This document shows positions 1-9,788 of a DNA stretch of 64,000 nucleotides, in pieces. The stretch comes from an uncultured Pseudomonadota bacterium (GTDB lineage: Bacteria > Pseudomonadota > Gammaproteobacteria > Burkholderiales > SG8-39). How positions within the stretch are numbered: position 1 is the stretch's first letter; each line of letters starts with the position of its first letter. The DNA lies in the NCBI GenBank assembly GCA_963817785.1, contig CAWFPL010000004.1, forward strand, positions 29,309-93,308, read 5' to 3'. Position numbers and translations under genes: made by a program. The notes beneath the pieces are model-generated. The model saw nothing but the letters and a program-made list of their open reading frames with translations. It was not told where the DNA came from and made no database searches.

Positions 1-392
1 CCGATGCAACCGGTCAATTCGTGTTCAAGGTCCTCTATCTGGCGAAGCCGTTCCTCCAGTTGACGTTTCCACAGACGCGAGACGCGTTGCCAGTCTTGGT
101 GGGTGGGCGCATGGTCGGTCGGTAAACCGTGGAACACCTCTCCGACGTCTGCAAGCGGTATACCAAGTCGCTTGGAGACGATCAGGAGGGAAATCCGGCG
201 AAGCATATGCCGCGGATACAGTCGTCTGTTGGCGGAGTTCCGTGCGCTGAAGATCAACCCCTTACGCTCGTAGAAACGCAATGCCGACGCCGATACGCCC
301 GTTCGCCGCATCACCTCCCCGATGGTCAGGGGCTCGGTCGGGTCGATATGACGTCCACAGGCTTCGCCTGCTTCATTGCTGGTGTCTGTCAC
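1..392 (-). CDS. soxR: SoxR/MerR-family redox-sensitive transcriptional regulator (3' end runs off the window start)
   Basis: Reverse translation gives LTIGEVMRRTGVSASALRFYERKGLIFSARNSANRRLYPRHMLRRISLLIVSKRLGIPLADVGEVFHGLPTDHAPTHQDWQRVSRLWKRQLEERLRQIEDLEHELTGCIG. That is a MerR HTH, ending at the window edge in the start of the SoxR CIGCGC motif. It is open-ended, so it is absent from the ORF track. GTG 392 is a guessed start. Confidence 0.75.
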   Translation of the reverse strand, partial: MTDTSNEAGEACGRHIDPTEPLTIGEVMRRTGVSASALRFYERKGLIFSARNSANRRLYPRHMLRRISLLIVSKRLGIPLADVGEVFHGLPTDHAPTHQDWQRVSRLWKRQLEERLRQIEDLEHELTGCI

Positions 393-1937
393 GACATGGC
401 ACCTACATCGTGTCCGGGTTCCGGGGAGCGCATGAGACAACAGCACCGCGATGGACGCGGAGAGCAGGAGGCAGATACCGCCGACTCCGATCTGAGTGAA
501 GTGCCACGATGTGGTCAACGCGTCCACCTCGGCGTCTTGGGCGGCGCCGAGGCGGCCCGCGCTCACCGCAGCCGCGCGTTCGGGGTCGCCGAGCTGATGG
601 GAAAGGAACCCGATAAGTGCGGCGCTGAAGGCGGCGATCACGAGGGCCTCGGCTGCTCCGCGGAGGGTGTTGAGAAACCCTGCCGCTGTGCCGACAAGGT
701 GTGCAGGGACAAGGCTCATTGCCTGGCCGTCGGTGATTCCGAATGATGCCCCCATACCGACACCGATCATCAGGAGCGGTACTGCGATCAGAGTCGTCGT
801 GTTGTCGGGGCCGAGCATGAGCAGGCCGAAGTTCCCGGCGACGACGAGCCCGAGTGCGATCATGATGATCAGTCGCGCGGAGACGCCTTTGTTGACCATG
901 CCGACGGCGAGGACGGGGGCCAGCAATACCGGTGCGGTCAACAGCAGCATCGCGAGCCCCGCGGTCACAGGTGTGAAGTCAACCGCCGCCTGTAGGTAGG
1001 TGGGGGAGGAACACCAGAACGCCGAGGAAACCAATCGAGGTGGTCAGCGTCGCCAGGCACCAGCCCGACGGACCTGCGGTGGGCGACGAGTTCGGGTGCC
1101 AGCACCGGGGCGCTGCTGCGCCGTTGGGCGATGGCGAAGGCGACGAGCCCGAGTGCTCCGAGAACGAGTGTGAGAAGGACTATGGGGTGCGTCCAACCGA
1201 GCTCAGGTGCTTCCAGAAGAGCGAACATCAGAGCGCTGAGGGCTACGACGAACAGGACGCTCCCGATCCAGTCGGTGCGGACGTCGTTCGCGCGGGACTC
1301 AGGAAGACGTCGTGCGCCGAGGACGATGCCGAGGCCAATGACCGCGAACACGACGAAGCTCCCTCGCCAGCCGGTCAGCGAGATCAACTCCTCGATCGAC
1401 CAGGGTTGGGCCGACAGCGATGCCGACTCCTGCCATCGTTCCCATGAACGCGAATGCGCGGTTGCGGGCGGCACCGTCGTAGTTCGAGGCCAGGAGTGCT
1501 CCGCCAGCAGCCATAATGCCCGCACCACCGGCGCCGGAGACGATACGTGCGATATCCACCATCAGGATCGTGGGGGCCAGTGCGGTCGCCAGAAACCCGG
1601 AGGAGAACACGATGGCTGCGGCGACGAACATCCGGCGACGACCTATGCGGTCTGCCGTAGCACCGGGCACGAGCGTCATCGCCGCGAAGGCGAGGTTGTA
1701 CCCGGCGACCACCCAGTTCAGTGCCGACCCGGATGCGTCGAGGTCACGTCCGATGCCCGGCAGGGCAATCGCGGTGCCTGAAATCGACATCGCCACCAGG
1801 CCAACGCCGATCAATACGACAGGCAACGTCAACCGTGACGGTGTCGTTGGTGCCGCGGGTGTAGAGGCGTCGGAGACAGTAGGGGATTCCACGGTGAGGC
1901 CCTTTCTTCGCGGGCGAGTTGCCCGTGACATGTCCAC
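393..1937 (-). CDS. MFS transporter (DHA2-like efflux), reading frame interrupted at least twice
   Basis: ORF 1299..1937 starts MDMSRATRP...LPVVLIGVGLVAMSISGTAIALPGIGRDLDASGSALNWVVAGYNLAFAAMTLVPGATADRIGRRRMF. TM-rich continuation follows in ORF 965..1528 (another frame) and in a third unlisted frame down to ~400. The overlapping + strand ORFs are GC-rich mirror ORFs. Confidence 0.8.
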
Positions 1938-2234
1938 ACCAGCACCTCAACCATGGTTGAGGTCAATCCCATGAATTCCTCTGAATGGCGCGGCAGCTTC
2001 TCGGTTGATGGCGTCGTGGCCGCCCGGATGGGGTGAACCCACGTCCTGGTGCGCTGAAAGTGGCTGTGAGCAGTGCCGATGGCACGTCCCGGAATGGGGG
2101 CGTGCCATCTTCCGTATCGGGGTCGGAGCGTTCTTTCGGTGGCGTCAGGAAATCGATACCGCTCAGGGGTTGCAACATTGCAATGACGTTTTGTATGTAT
2201 GGCCTGTCGAAAACATCGAACAAAGGAGCATCGA

Positions 2235-2447
2235 ATGTCGAATACCGCTGTTGCAGAACTCATCACCGTCACCATCACCGGAACGCCGGTGCGCGCCGAG
2301 ATCGCCGAGATCCTCGGATACCGCACCGACTTCTTCGGCGGCCGGGTCGCTGATGTGCGCCTGACCGACGGCACCGTCGCCCGGCACGTGGACACCCTCG
2401 ACATCGAGGTGAGCGCCGCCGCGCGCGGCGCACTCGCCGCCGCCTGA
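2235..2447 (+). CDS. small hypothetical protein
   Basis: Internal ATG of ORF 2199..2447 (MSNTAVAELITVTITG...), preceded by AAAGGAG at 2222-2228. Confidence 0.5.
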   Translation: MSNTAVAELITVTITGTPVRAEIAEILGYRTDFFGGRVADVRLTDGTVARHVDTLDIEVSAAARGALAAA

Positions 2448-2493
2448 TCGTTCGCCGCACTCGAATCCCTCGACCCAGCACAGGAGATCGCCC

Positions 2494-2973
2494 ATGACTG
2501 CACTCGCCACCGCGCTGCCCACCGGTGTCGCTGCCGAGGTCGACGGGGCCGCCGCGCTCGTCGTCGGCTACGTCCACGGCTTCCCGCGTCATCCGCAGCG
2601 CGGCGCATTGGTGCAGCCGCTGCGCGGCGCGCAGACCTCGGTCTCGGAGACCGGGGTGATCGGCGTACCGCTCTACGCGCTCGTCTCGGTCGACTGGGCC
2701 ACCGAAGTGACCACCATCGAACCGGGTGGCCGCACGCGGACGGTGTTCGCCACCGGCTGGCCGGGCACCCCGCAGGGGACCACCTGGTACCTGCACCCGG
2801 TCGCCCACCGCGCGGACCTGGGCCTGTACGTGCTCGACCCCGATTCGCGGTACGCCGCGAGCGGGCGCGACGCCGAGGTGCCTGCGCGGGTGCGTGCGGC
2901 GGTCCGGTCGTGGGGGTTCGGCGGCGCCGAGGGGGTCCCGGCGCGCGTGGCGGTGCACAACTTCGTGTTGTAG
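2494..2973 (+). CDS. hypothetical protein (159 aa)
   Basis: Intact ORF with AGGAG 8 nt upstream. No motif recognised. Confidence 0.55.
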   Translation: MTALATALPTGVAAEVDGAAALVVGYVHGFPRHPQRGALVQPLRGAQTSVSETGVIGVPLYALVSVDWATEVTTIEPGGRTRTVFATGWPGTPQGTTWYLHPVAHRADLGLYVLDPDSRYAASGRDAEVPARVRAAVRSWGFGGAEGVPARVAVHNFVL

Positions 2974-3019
2974 CGGGAATGTGCTGGTCATCGCCTCGGA
3001 CACCTCAGGAGTTGTCAGA

Positions 3020-3295
3020 ATGACAACTAATCATGTAGTTTTAAGTTGTCAAACAACAACGGAGGTGGAAGTATTGGACCGGTTCAAGGGGATCGACAAG
3101 GACACCCGCAAAGCCCTCAAGGCACTCGAGGAGGCAGGATTCGTGATTCGCCGAGCGAAGAGCGGCCACCCGATGGTCTACAAGGACGACGTGCTGATCA
3201 GCACGTTCTCGGGTACCGCGAGCGATTCGGCGCGCCTTCCTAACTCCCTCGCGCCGCTGAGGCGCGCAGGGTTCGAGTGGCCACCGCGCCGCTGA
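3020..3295 (+). CDS. HicA-like (YcfA-fold) putative toxin
   Basis: Internal ATG of ORF 2726..3295, with CTCAGGAG upstream. KALKALEEAGFVIRRAKSGHPMVYKDD..ISTFSGTASD....LAPLRRAGFEW resembles the HicA pattern (EKxGF..xRxxGSH....). The match is weak and by eye only. Confidence 0.35.
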   Translation: MTTNHVVLSCQTTTEVEVLDRFKGIDKDTRKALKALEEAGFVIRRAKSGHPMVYKDDVLISTFSGTASDSARLPNSLAPLRRAGFEWPPRR

Positions 3296-3401
3296 GACCG
3301 ACAAGGGCCGGGGGTGCTGGAATCACCCCCGGCCCGATCCCCATTGTCCACCACCGCATCCGACCGACCCCACAACCAGCACAGGAAAGGACTTTCGCGC
3401 C

Positions 3402-3840
3402 ATGACCGCACAGTCGTACAACGTCGTCGCCGAGATCGACGTCAGCTTCGACGAACACACCGCCGAGCAGTTGCTCGACCCCATCGCCGACTACAGCGGA
3501 GCCGCCGGCCGCTCCGAACTCGGCCACACCGAAGTCGTCTTCACCCTCCCGGCGCAGACCCTCCGGCAGGCCAACACCACCGCCCTGGCCATCCTCGAGA
3601 CCTACCCGTGGCCGCTGCGCTCGCTGCGCGTGCTGCCCACCGACGACTACGACCGGCTCGTCGACGCGATCGACGTCCCGCCGCTGGTTGTCGGTCCAGG
3701 AGGCCGCCGACCAGCTCGGTATCAGCCGCCAGGGCGTCCTCAAGGCGATCACCACCGGTTCGCTGCCCGCGATCCGTGTCGGCAGCACCTGGATCGTGCG
3801 CGAATCCGCTGTGCGCGCCCGCACACAGCGCAGCGCCTGA
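3402..3840 (+). CDS. putative antitoxin-like protein with C-terminal excisionase-type HTH (one frame change near 3685)
   Basis: The N-terminal part lies in ORF 3402... After ~3685 the sensible reading is in another frame: SVQEAADQLGISRQGVLKAITTGSLPAIRVGSTWIVRESAVRARTQRSA*, an HTH ending in TGA 3838-3840. Confidence 0.4.
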
Positions 3841-3957
3841 CCTCCACCTGCTTGGTGAATCGCCCCCACCTCGAGGACAATTCGCGTCCCCGGGTGCACC
3901 GTCGTGCCCCGGCCCGCCGCGAGGTCACCACCTCGACACCCGAGAAGGGGGACACAC

Positions 3958-4772
3958 GTGCCCAGTTCTGCGCTCGTCACACCGGGAGACGACCGGTCTC
4001 CGGTGCTCATCCACGTCCCGCACGCCTCCCGCGTCATCCCGCCCGAGGTGCGCGCGGACCTGCTCCTGACCGATACCGAACTGGCCGCCGAACTCGACGA
4101 ATCGACCGACACCGCCACCGACGAGATCGCAGCGGCAGCACTACGCCACACCGGCCGGCGCCGACGACCGTGGTCAACACGCTATCGCGGCTGGTGATCG
4201 ACCCCGAACGGTTCCCCGACGCGGGGGAGCCGGCCAATGGGTTCGGCCGGGGCGCGGTCTACACCCGCACCTGCACCGGCACGCCGCTACGACCCGAGCC
4301 GTACCCGCACGCCGAGCACCTGCTCGACGGCTATTTCCGTCCCTACGCCGACGCCGTCACCGCAGCGGTCGAGGAGCGTCTGCGCGTGTGCGGCCGCGCG
4401 GTGATCATCGACCTGCACTCGTACCCCGAGGCGCCGTCCGGGTTCGAGGATCCCGCCGCCGCGCGCCCCGCATTGTGTATCGGCACCGATGCGGTCCACA
4501 CCCCCGGCTGGCTGGCCAGGCTCGACCCGTGGCGCATTCGCGTCCCTCGCCGAGATCGCGAGATCGGCGAGAACACGCCGTATTCGGGGTGTTACGTGCC
4601 GCTGCGCCACTACGGCCGCGACGAACGCGTGACCTCGGTGATGATCGAGCTGCGCCGCGATGTCTACCTCACCGACCCGCGCACCCCGCACCCCGAGCGG
4701 GTGGAGCGGATCGGCCGCGCCCTGGCTGTTCTCATCGACCAGGTCACCGCGCAGGTGGCCGCCGATGTGTAA
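3958..4772 (+). CDS. N-formylglutamate amidohydrolase-family protein (frame change near 4150-4190)
   Basis: GTG 3958 follows GAGAAGGGGGA. PVLIHVPHASRVIPPEVRADLLL is in one frame. VVNTLSRLVIDPERF...AVIIDLHSYPEAP...NTPYSGCYVP is in the frame of ORF 3402..4772. Confidence 0.65.
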
Positions 4773-5120
4773 ACCCAAACCGGGCCCGCGCTGCACCCCG
4801 CACATGCGTGCCGCGCCTCGATCAGGTCGCCGCGCGCGTCGCAGGTTGCCCGCACGCGGCTGGCCGAGAATCCGACACATGCGCGGTTGCAACGTCGCCT
4901 CGCCGCCGCCGAGGCCGACCACGCGCAGACCCTCGCGCTGTACGACTCCACCCCGGGCGGGCAGGACGAGCTGCGCGCGGCGATCGAGGCGTCCGGCGAT
5001 CTGAGTGACCGGGACGCGCTGACCGCGCGTTTACGGGACGCTGAGAGGCTCGAGCCGAGCAAACTGCCGCCCTGCGCCGCGTGCGCGCCGAGGACAAGAC
5101 CGACAGGGAAGGAATCGACG
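4766..5120 (+). CDS. hypothetical coiled-coil protein, frame-disrupted
   Basis: ATG overlaps the upstream stop (MCKPKPGPRCTPHMRAA...). The sensible text jumps frames to ...LQRRLAAAEADHAQTLALYDSTPGGQDELRAAIEASGDLSDRDALTARLRDAE. Boundaries are uncertain. Confidence 0.3.
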
Positions 5121-5273
5121 ATGTACCACGAGGAACCGATGACACAGGAGCGCCGAGAAACGTTCTGGCGGCACGTACGGGTGGAGCCCGGACCTACCGG
5201 AGGACAAGCGCAAGAAGATCGAGCAACGCTTCACCGACCCGAAGATCCAGGAGGCCGAAGCGCTCGGCTTCTG
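5121..5273 (+). CDS. small hypothetical protein (frame change near 5170)
   Basis: GGGAAGGAA then ATG (MYHEEPMTQERRETFW). The GC3-rich continuation GGTYGWSPDLPEDKRKKIEQRFTDPKIQEAEALGF* lies in another frame. Confidence 0.3.
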
Positions 5274-5275
5274 AT

Positions 5276-5895
5276 CAACGATCAGCGCGATCACCCCGGC
5301 AGCCGAACACACACCCACCGAGGCCGAGCGCGAACGCTTCACCTCCGCGGGAATGTCCGCGCCGACGCTCTACGAGCTGGCACCGCACGACTCCGGCGTC
5401 TACCGCGCCCAGATGCTCGAGCTGACCGAAAGAATCCCTACGCCGCGTCGGTGTACGTCTACGACGAGGACGAATACCGACAGATGCGGCTGCTGGTGAC
5501 CGATGACGGAAGGGCCGGCATCGCGCTCAAAGGCGACGAGATCGTCTCCGCGTTCGCCCACAAAGACTGCGCGCACCCCAAGTCCGTGCAGTCGATGCTC
5601 GTCCCACGCCACCGCGCTCGGCGGCCATCGTCTGGACTGTTTCGACACGGTGCTTGCCGGATCTGTATGCCGACGCCGGGTTCGTGCCGGTCGCGCGGCT
5701 GAAGTGGAACGACGACTACGCCCCAGACGGGTGGGACTACGACACGTTCCGTGCGTTCAATGACGGTCGCCCGGATGTGGTGTTCATGGCCTACGACCCC
5801 GATCGTGTCGGGGGCGACTACACGCCCGGGCGGGGGATTACGTCGACGACTACGACGACGGCATCGCCCGTGCCCAGCAGTACCGGTCGCACTGA
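5276..5895 (+). CDS. GNAT-fold acetyltransferase-like protein, at least 4 frame changes
   Basis: Stitched reading: ...NPYAASVYVYDEDEYRQMRLLVTDDGRAGIALKGDEIVSAFAHKDCAHPKSVQSML / ATALGGHRLDCFDTVL / PDLYADAGFVPVARLKWNDDYAPDGWDYDTFRAFNDGRPDVVFMAYDP / GDYVDDYDDGIARAQQYRSH*. Start not resolved. Confidence 0.4.
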
Positions 5896-5949
5896 CGACT
5901 GCGCCCCGCGCGCTGTGGCTCGAATCCGTCCCCGCAACCGATGATTCGG

Positions 5950-6480
5950 GTGCGGGGACGGAGCGCCCGGCGCCGTGATCGGCACAGGGGCCTGTCCGGA
6001 AACCATGTCGAATCGCTCGATCTGCTCACCGCCGACGGGTCCATCCGCACTCTGAGCCCCTCGGACGACGACCGCGACCTGTTCTGGGCAACGGTCGGCG
6101 GCATGGGGTTGACCGGCATCGTCGTGCGGGCGCGCGTGCGCATGAAGCACACCGAAACCGCCTACTTCATCGCCGACGCACGACCGCACCGCCAACCTCG
6201 ACGAAACGATGGAACTGCTGGCCGGAGGATCCGACGACGGTTACGACTACTCGATGTCGGTGCCCGATACCATCTCCACCGGCTCAGAAGCTCGGGCCGG
6301 GCGGGATTCACCCGTGGCTCCCTTGCAACTCTTGATCAGCTTCCGCCGAAACTCCGATCGGGATCCGTTGCGGTTCACAGCGCCTCAACTATTTACGGTT
6401 CCAGACATCTTTCCGAGCGGAATGGTCAACCGGGTCACCACGCGGATCGCCTCGGAAGCGGCGTATCGGATGATCCGAAG
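5950..6480 (+). pseudogene. DprE1-like FAD-dependent oxidase, middle segment (5'-truncated, one internal frame change, interrupted by an IS)
   Basis: GNHVESLDLLTADGSIRTLSPSDDDRDLFWATVGGMGLTGIVVRARVRMKHTETAYFIAD, then LDETMELLAGGSDDGYDYS...LRFTAPQLFTVPDIFPSGMVN. This is collinear with M. tuberculosis DprE1 as I recall it. The first ~150 codons are absent. Confidence 0.75.
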
Positions 6481-7663
6481 CACGGCCGGGGCACCGTCCA
6501 GAATCGTAGGCCCGGCGGATGACCAACCGGACCTTGTTGTTCAGGCCCTCGTGGCGTCCGTTGGCCAACCCCCGGGTGACGGCCGCGAAGATGCCATCGA
6601 GATGCTTCCGGATCGTGCGGCCGACCTTGACGAACTGCGGGATGCGGCACCGCTGCGCCCACGAACACCATCGTCCGAGCATGGCGTGCACCTGATCGGC
6701 GTCGAGGTCACCGGCGAACACCGCCCGCAGGGCCTCCTTCAACTCGTAGGCACGCACCAGAGCACCACCGTGGCGTTTGAGTGAATCGAGGGTCGATTCC
6801 TGTTTGGCGGTGAGCTTTTCCGGGTTCTTGAGCAACACCCACCGAGCCCCCTTGTAGGTTTTCGCGACCTGCGTGTCCGACAGGGTGCGCGCCAATTGCC
6901 ACTGTCGACGGCGCACGTCGTCGAGCGCGGCGGTGGCCAGTTTGACGACGTGAAACGGATCGAAGCAGATCGTTGCCTGCGGGGCGTGGGCGCGCACCGA
7001 CTTCCGATACGCCGGCCCCAGATCCATCGACACCGCTTCGATCTTCTCGGCCCCACCGTCGGGCAGCGCGTCGGTGAAGAACTCGTCGAGCGCGGCCGCG
7101 TTCTTGCCTTCGGTACCCCACACGATCGTTCCGGACTCGTGGTCGGATACCAGGGTCAGATACTTGTGGTGCCGACGCCACGATATTTCGTCGACGCCGA
7201 TGTCGACCAGATTCGCGAACCGGTCCGGGTCGAGTTTCTCGGCGGCGACCCGGCTGCACATCGCGCCGACGGTGCGCCAGGTGACGCGGCAGAAACGGGC
7301 CACGGTGGATTTGTCGGTCTTGGTGGCCAGCCATACCGCCAGGTCCTCGAAGTCGCGGGTGAACTTCGATCCGGGGCGGGCGAAGTCCACTGCCTCGGCC
7401 AGCACCCCGTGTTCGGGGCAGTGCAGTCGTCGGCGTCGTAGGGTGAGCACACAGATGCGTCCGCCCAGGTCCAGGTGCCGCCACGACGAATCCACGTCGC
7501 GGGTGTCGTAGCGGTGACGGGTCGAGAATGCGCAGTGTGGGCACTGCATCCGGCGGTGTTTCGGGTGGACCTCGACCACGACGCGACCGTCGGTGATCTC
7601 GACGTCACGGACGGTGGTGCTCGGCAGAGCCAGCAGTTGGTTCAGTAGGGTGGTGGCGCGCAC
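6389..7663 (-). CDS. ISL3-family transposase
   Basis: A 424-aa ORF with an N-terminal zinc finger (CPHCAFSTRHRYD...LHCPEHG) and IGVDEISWRRHHKYLTLV, SMDLGPAYRKSV, FDPFHVVKL, EGLNNKVRLVIRRAY. The last ~35 aa are not family-like and probably read out of the element. Confidence 0.9.
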   Translation of the reverse strand: MRATTLLNQLLALPSTTVRDVEITDGRVVVEVHPKHRRMQCPHCAFSTRHRYDTRDVDSSWRHLDLGGRICVLTLRRRRLHCPEHGVLAEAVDFARPGSKFTRDFEDLAVWLATKTDKSTVARFCRVTWRTVGAMCSRVAAEKLDPDRFANLVDIGVDEISWRRHHKYLTLVSDHESGTIVWGTEGKNAAALDEFFTDALPDGGAEKIEAVSMDLGPAYRKSVRAHAPQATICFDPFHVVKLATAALDDVRRRQWQLARTLSDTQVAKTYKGARWVLLKNPEKLTAKQESTLDSLKRHGGALVRAYELKEALRAVFAGDLDADQVHAMLGRWCSWAQRCRIPQFVKVGRTIRKHLDGIFAAVTRGLANGRHEGLNNKVRLVIRRAYDSGRCPGRASDHPIRRFRGDPRGDPVDHSARKDVWNRK

Positions 7664-7783
7664 GGGTCGGCTCCGGTGGGTGGATGAGTGTAGGAGCTTT
7701 CGACCTTACGGGCGGCCCGTGCGCCCATCCTCACTGCTGCTCGTCGTAGCACATGCTCGGTCATCCACATTCAGAGCAATAGA
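6480..7783 (-). mobile_element. ISL3-family insertion sequence (left end apparently truncated)
   Basis: Contains the transposase ORF. The DprE1-like frame stops near 6480 and resumes at 7784. The sequence at 7755-7783 looks like a terminal repeat, but I found no inverted copy at the left end. Confidence 0.65.
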
Positions 7784-8175
7784 TCCAGTTTTCGGTCCCC
7801 TTCGGTGCCGAGCAGAAACTCGCCGACACCATTCGTGTGATCGCCGAGTCCGGCCACCGGTCATTCCTGAACGTGTTCAAACGAATGGGAGAAGGCAACC
7901 CGGCCCCGCTGTCGTGGCCCGAACCGGGCTACATGCTCAGCCTCGACTTCCCGATCCGTGACGGCCTCGGCAAATTCTGCGACGAACTCGACGAACGCGT
8001 CCTCGATCTCGGTGGCCGACTGTACTTCGCGAAGGACTCACGAAGCACACCTGAGCGCATCGCCCGGATGTACCCGAGGCTCGATGAATGGCGGGCAACC
8101 AGGGACCGCATCGACCCCGACGGTGTGTTCATATCTGATCTTGCGCGCAGGCTCCGATTGGTTGCTCTTGGTTGA
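7784..8175 (+). pseudogene. DprE1-like FAD-dependent oxidase, C-terminal segment
   Basis: IQFSVPFGAEQKLADTIRVIAESGHRSFLNVFKRMGEGNPAPLSWPEPGYMLSLDFPIRDGLGKFCDELDERVLDLGGRLYFAKDSRSTPERIARMYPRLDEWRATRDRIDPDGVFISDLARRL. This is collinear with the DprE1 C-terminus. An in-frame TAG lies immediately upstream, at the IS joint. Confidence 0.85.
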
Positions 8176-8234
8176 TGCCGCGCGCGTGTCGGTTGGTGCG
8201 TGGTGGCGGAATCAAAGCTCTGGAGATGATGGCT

Positions 8235-8765
8235 ATGCGGCGTCGAGTGATCCTGAGTGCAGCCCGGATAACGATCACAGAGTGGCTGCCGGGCGACTTG
8301 GACGACCTCGTCGCTCTGCACTCAGACCCGCTCACCATGCGATTCATCGGTTATGGGCGGCCAGACACGCTCGCTGAGGCACGGTCGCGACTCGATGGAT
8401 ACCTTGGTGAACAGCGGACCAGGGGCTGGACCAAGTGGCGAGTGGAGAACCGCGACGGCGTCCTGATCGGCCGCGCAGGCTTCGGTGAGGTCGATTCCTG
8501 TCGTGAGCTGGCATATGCCCTGAGTCGAGACCTGTGGGGCCGGGGCCTCGCGACCGAGATCGCCAGCGCCTTGGTCAACTGGCACCTCGAACATCCTGCG
8601 CGTGAACTGTCGTCGAGCGGGCTGTGTGCGCATGTCGAGGTGGGGAATCAGGCGAGCGTGCGCGTGCTCGAAAAGGTTCGATTCGAGTACGTGGACTCGC
8701 GTGTGTACGCAGGTGCCGACTGCGACTTCTTTCGGCTTCCGACTGGGACAGTGCTACTCCCGTAG
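8235..8765 (+). CDS. GNAT-family N-acetyltransferase (RimJ/RimL-like)
   Basis: ORF 8172..8765. ITITEWLPGDLDDLVALHSDP...IGRAGF...ELAYALSRDLWGRGLATEIASALVNW...VEVGNQASVRVLEKVRFEY. ATG 8235 fits the GGAGA site best; 8226 is also possible. Confidence 0.8.
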   Translation: MRRRVILSAARITITEWLPGDLDDLVALHSDPLTMRFIGYGRPDTLAEARSRLDGYLGEQRTRGWTKWRVENRDGVLIGRAGFGEVDSCRELAYALSRDLWGRGLATEIASALVNWHLEHPARELSSSGLCAHVEVGNQASVRVLEKVRFEYVDSRVYAGADCDFFRLPTGTVLLP

Positions 8766-8888
8766 GTTGATCCGCCCGAGTCCGGCGTTCGGCCGCGTCC
8801 TCAACGCTCGGGAAACGCTGCGTGTGGACCGACGGATCAGAAACCCGTGACCACGCTTCGTGAGTCGCACTGACGTCAGAACCTATTG

Positions 8889-8913
8889 GTGACCTGCGGT
8901 GATGGCATGTCCC
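8889..8913 (+). repeat. 25-bp intergenic motif, copy M0
   Basis: GTGACCTGCGGTGATGGCATGTCCC. It lies ~57 bp upstream of the -35 of promoter P1. Confidence 0.7.
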
Positions 8914-8969
8914 GGTGTGGGCGTCGATCGGGAGGTGGTCGCAATTTCTGAATTCGTGCGCGGTTCGAG

Positions 8970-8998
8970 TTGGTACGTTACAAAAGTCATTGTATTGT
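8970..8998 (+). promoter_or_regulatory. Promoter P1 with embedded operator-like inverted repeat
   Basis: TTGGTA-N17-TATTGT. The spacer/-10 region contains TACAA-N6-TTGTA (8979-8994). Near-identical to P2 and P3. Confidence 0.55.
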
Positions 8999-9026
8999 TT
9001 GGGTACACCGACGAAAGGGGAAAGAC

Positions 9027-9176
9027 ATGGCAGGCAAGAGCATCGAGGATCTGCGCGCGAACTACTCCGACGCGATCGCCAGCGGAAACCACGAGCAGTT
9101 CGTGTCCGCGAAGGTGGCGCTGGTCGAGGCCACCACCGGCCGCACCCTCACCGCCGACGAGATCGCCTACATCTAG
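9027..9176 (+). CDS. small hypothetical protein (49 aa)
   Basis: Internal ATG of ORF 8970..9176 (MAGKSIEDLRANYSDAIASGNHEQF...), preceded by GAAAGGGGAAAG and followed by a strong terminator. Confidence 0.55.
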   Translation: MAGKSIEDLRANYSDAIASGNHEQFVSAKVALVEATTGRTLTADEIAYI

Positions 9177-9187
9177 ACCAGGCGAGC

Positions 9188-9222
9188 GGGGCCCCACCGG
9201 ACACGGTGGGGCCCTTTCTTTT
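9188..9222 (+). terminator. Rho-independent terminator
   Basis: GGGGCCCCACCG-GACA-CGGTGGGGCCC followed by TTTCTTTT. Confidence 0.65.
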
Positions 9223-9354
9223 CCCTTCCCTGTCCTGTCGCCCAACCGCGTTCGCCTCGGACCACCCGGAGGACTCGGCCTGCCTTGGCACGTGCGCTGG
9301 CCCGGCCGATCCCTCTTCGCCGTGCAGCTTCCCGCATCATCCCGAAATGGCCCC

Positions 9355-9379
9355 TCGACCTGCACAGATGACACGTCCC
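9355..9379 (+). repeat. 25-bp intergenic motif, copy M1
   Basis: TCGACCTGCACAGATGACACGTCCC. Confidence 0.7.
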
Positions 9380-9434
9380 ATGCAGCCGCCCCGTCGGGTC
9401 GGCCCGCCCGCCGCCGACCCTTCAGGAGGAAACC

Positions 9435-9608
9435 ATGGCCGCAGTGACCGGACTGCTCGCCGACCGTCTCGGCGAGATCCTGACCAGCACAGTGCAGTGC
9501 CCGTGCGGCGCGAGCGTCATCGCCCGCAGCCGCGTCGTACTCGATACCCGCAACCCCGCCCTCAATACCTGCGTCGATCTCGATTTCGGGCCACACGCGC
9601 CTTTCTGA
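9435..9608 (+). CDS. small hypothetical protein (57 aa, below the ORF-track cutoff)
   Basis: AGGAGGA 5 nt upstream of ATG 9435. Reads MAAVTGLLADRLGEILTSTVQCPCGASVIARSRVVLDTRNPALNTCVDLDFGPHAPF*, with GC3-rich codons. Confidence 0.45.
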   Translation: MAAVTGLLADRLGEILTSTVQCPCGASVIARSRVVLDTRNPALNTCVDLDFGPHAPF

Positions 9609-9696
9609 TCGAGCACCGCCCCCATCGCGCCGAGTTCACGGATCGGTGACGGCACCGCGTGCTCGGCTTCCCGTCGGGGTGGTGCTGTTGCGAGGC

Positions 9697-9721
9697 CTGA
9701 CCTGGGGCGATGACACGTCCC
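9697..9721 (+). repeat. 25-bp intergenic motif, copy M2
   Basis: CTGACCTGGGGCGATGACACGTCCC. It lies ~68 bp upstream of the -35 of P2. Confidence 0.7.
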
Positions 9722-9788
9722 AGTGGCCCGTCCGGCTGCTGGAGTGGCGCAGCAGGGGGTGCTGGGCGGTGCGATGGTCATCCCCGGG

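Noticed and set aside
129-1974. Several long + strand ORFs (129..746, 667..999, 1131..1781, 1516..1974) overlapping the soxR/MFS region
   Set aside because: They are antisense to clearly recognisable minus-strand genes. They are Arg/Ala/Pro-rich and typical of mirror ORFs in high-GC DNA.
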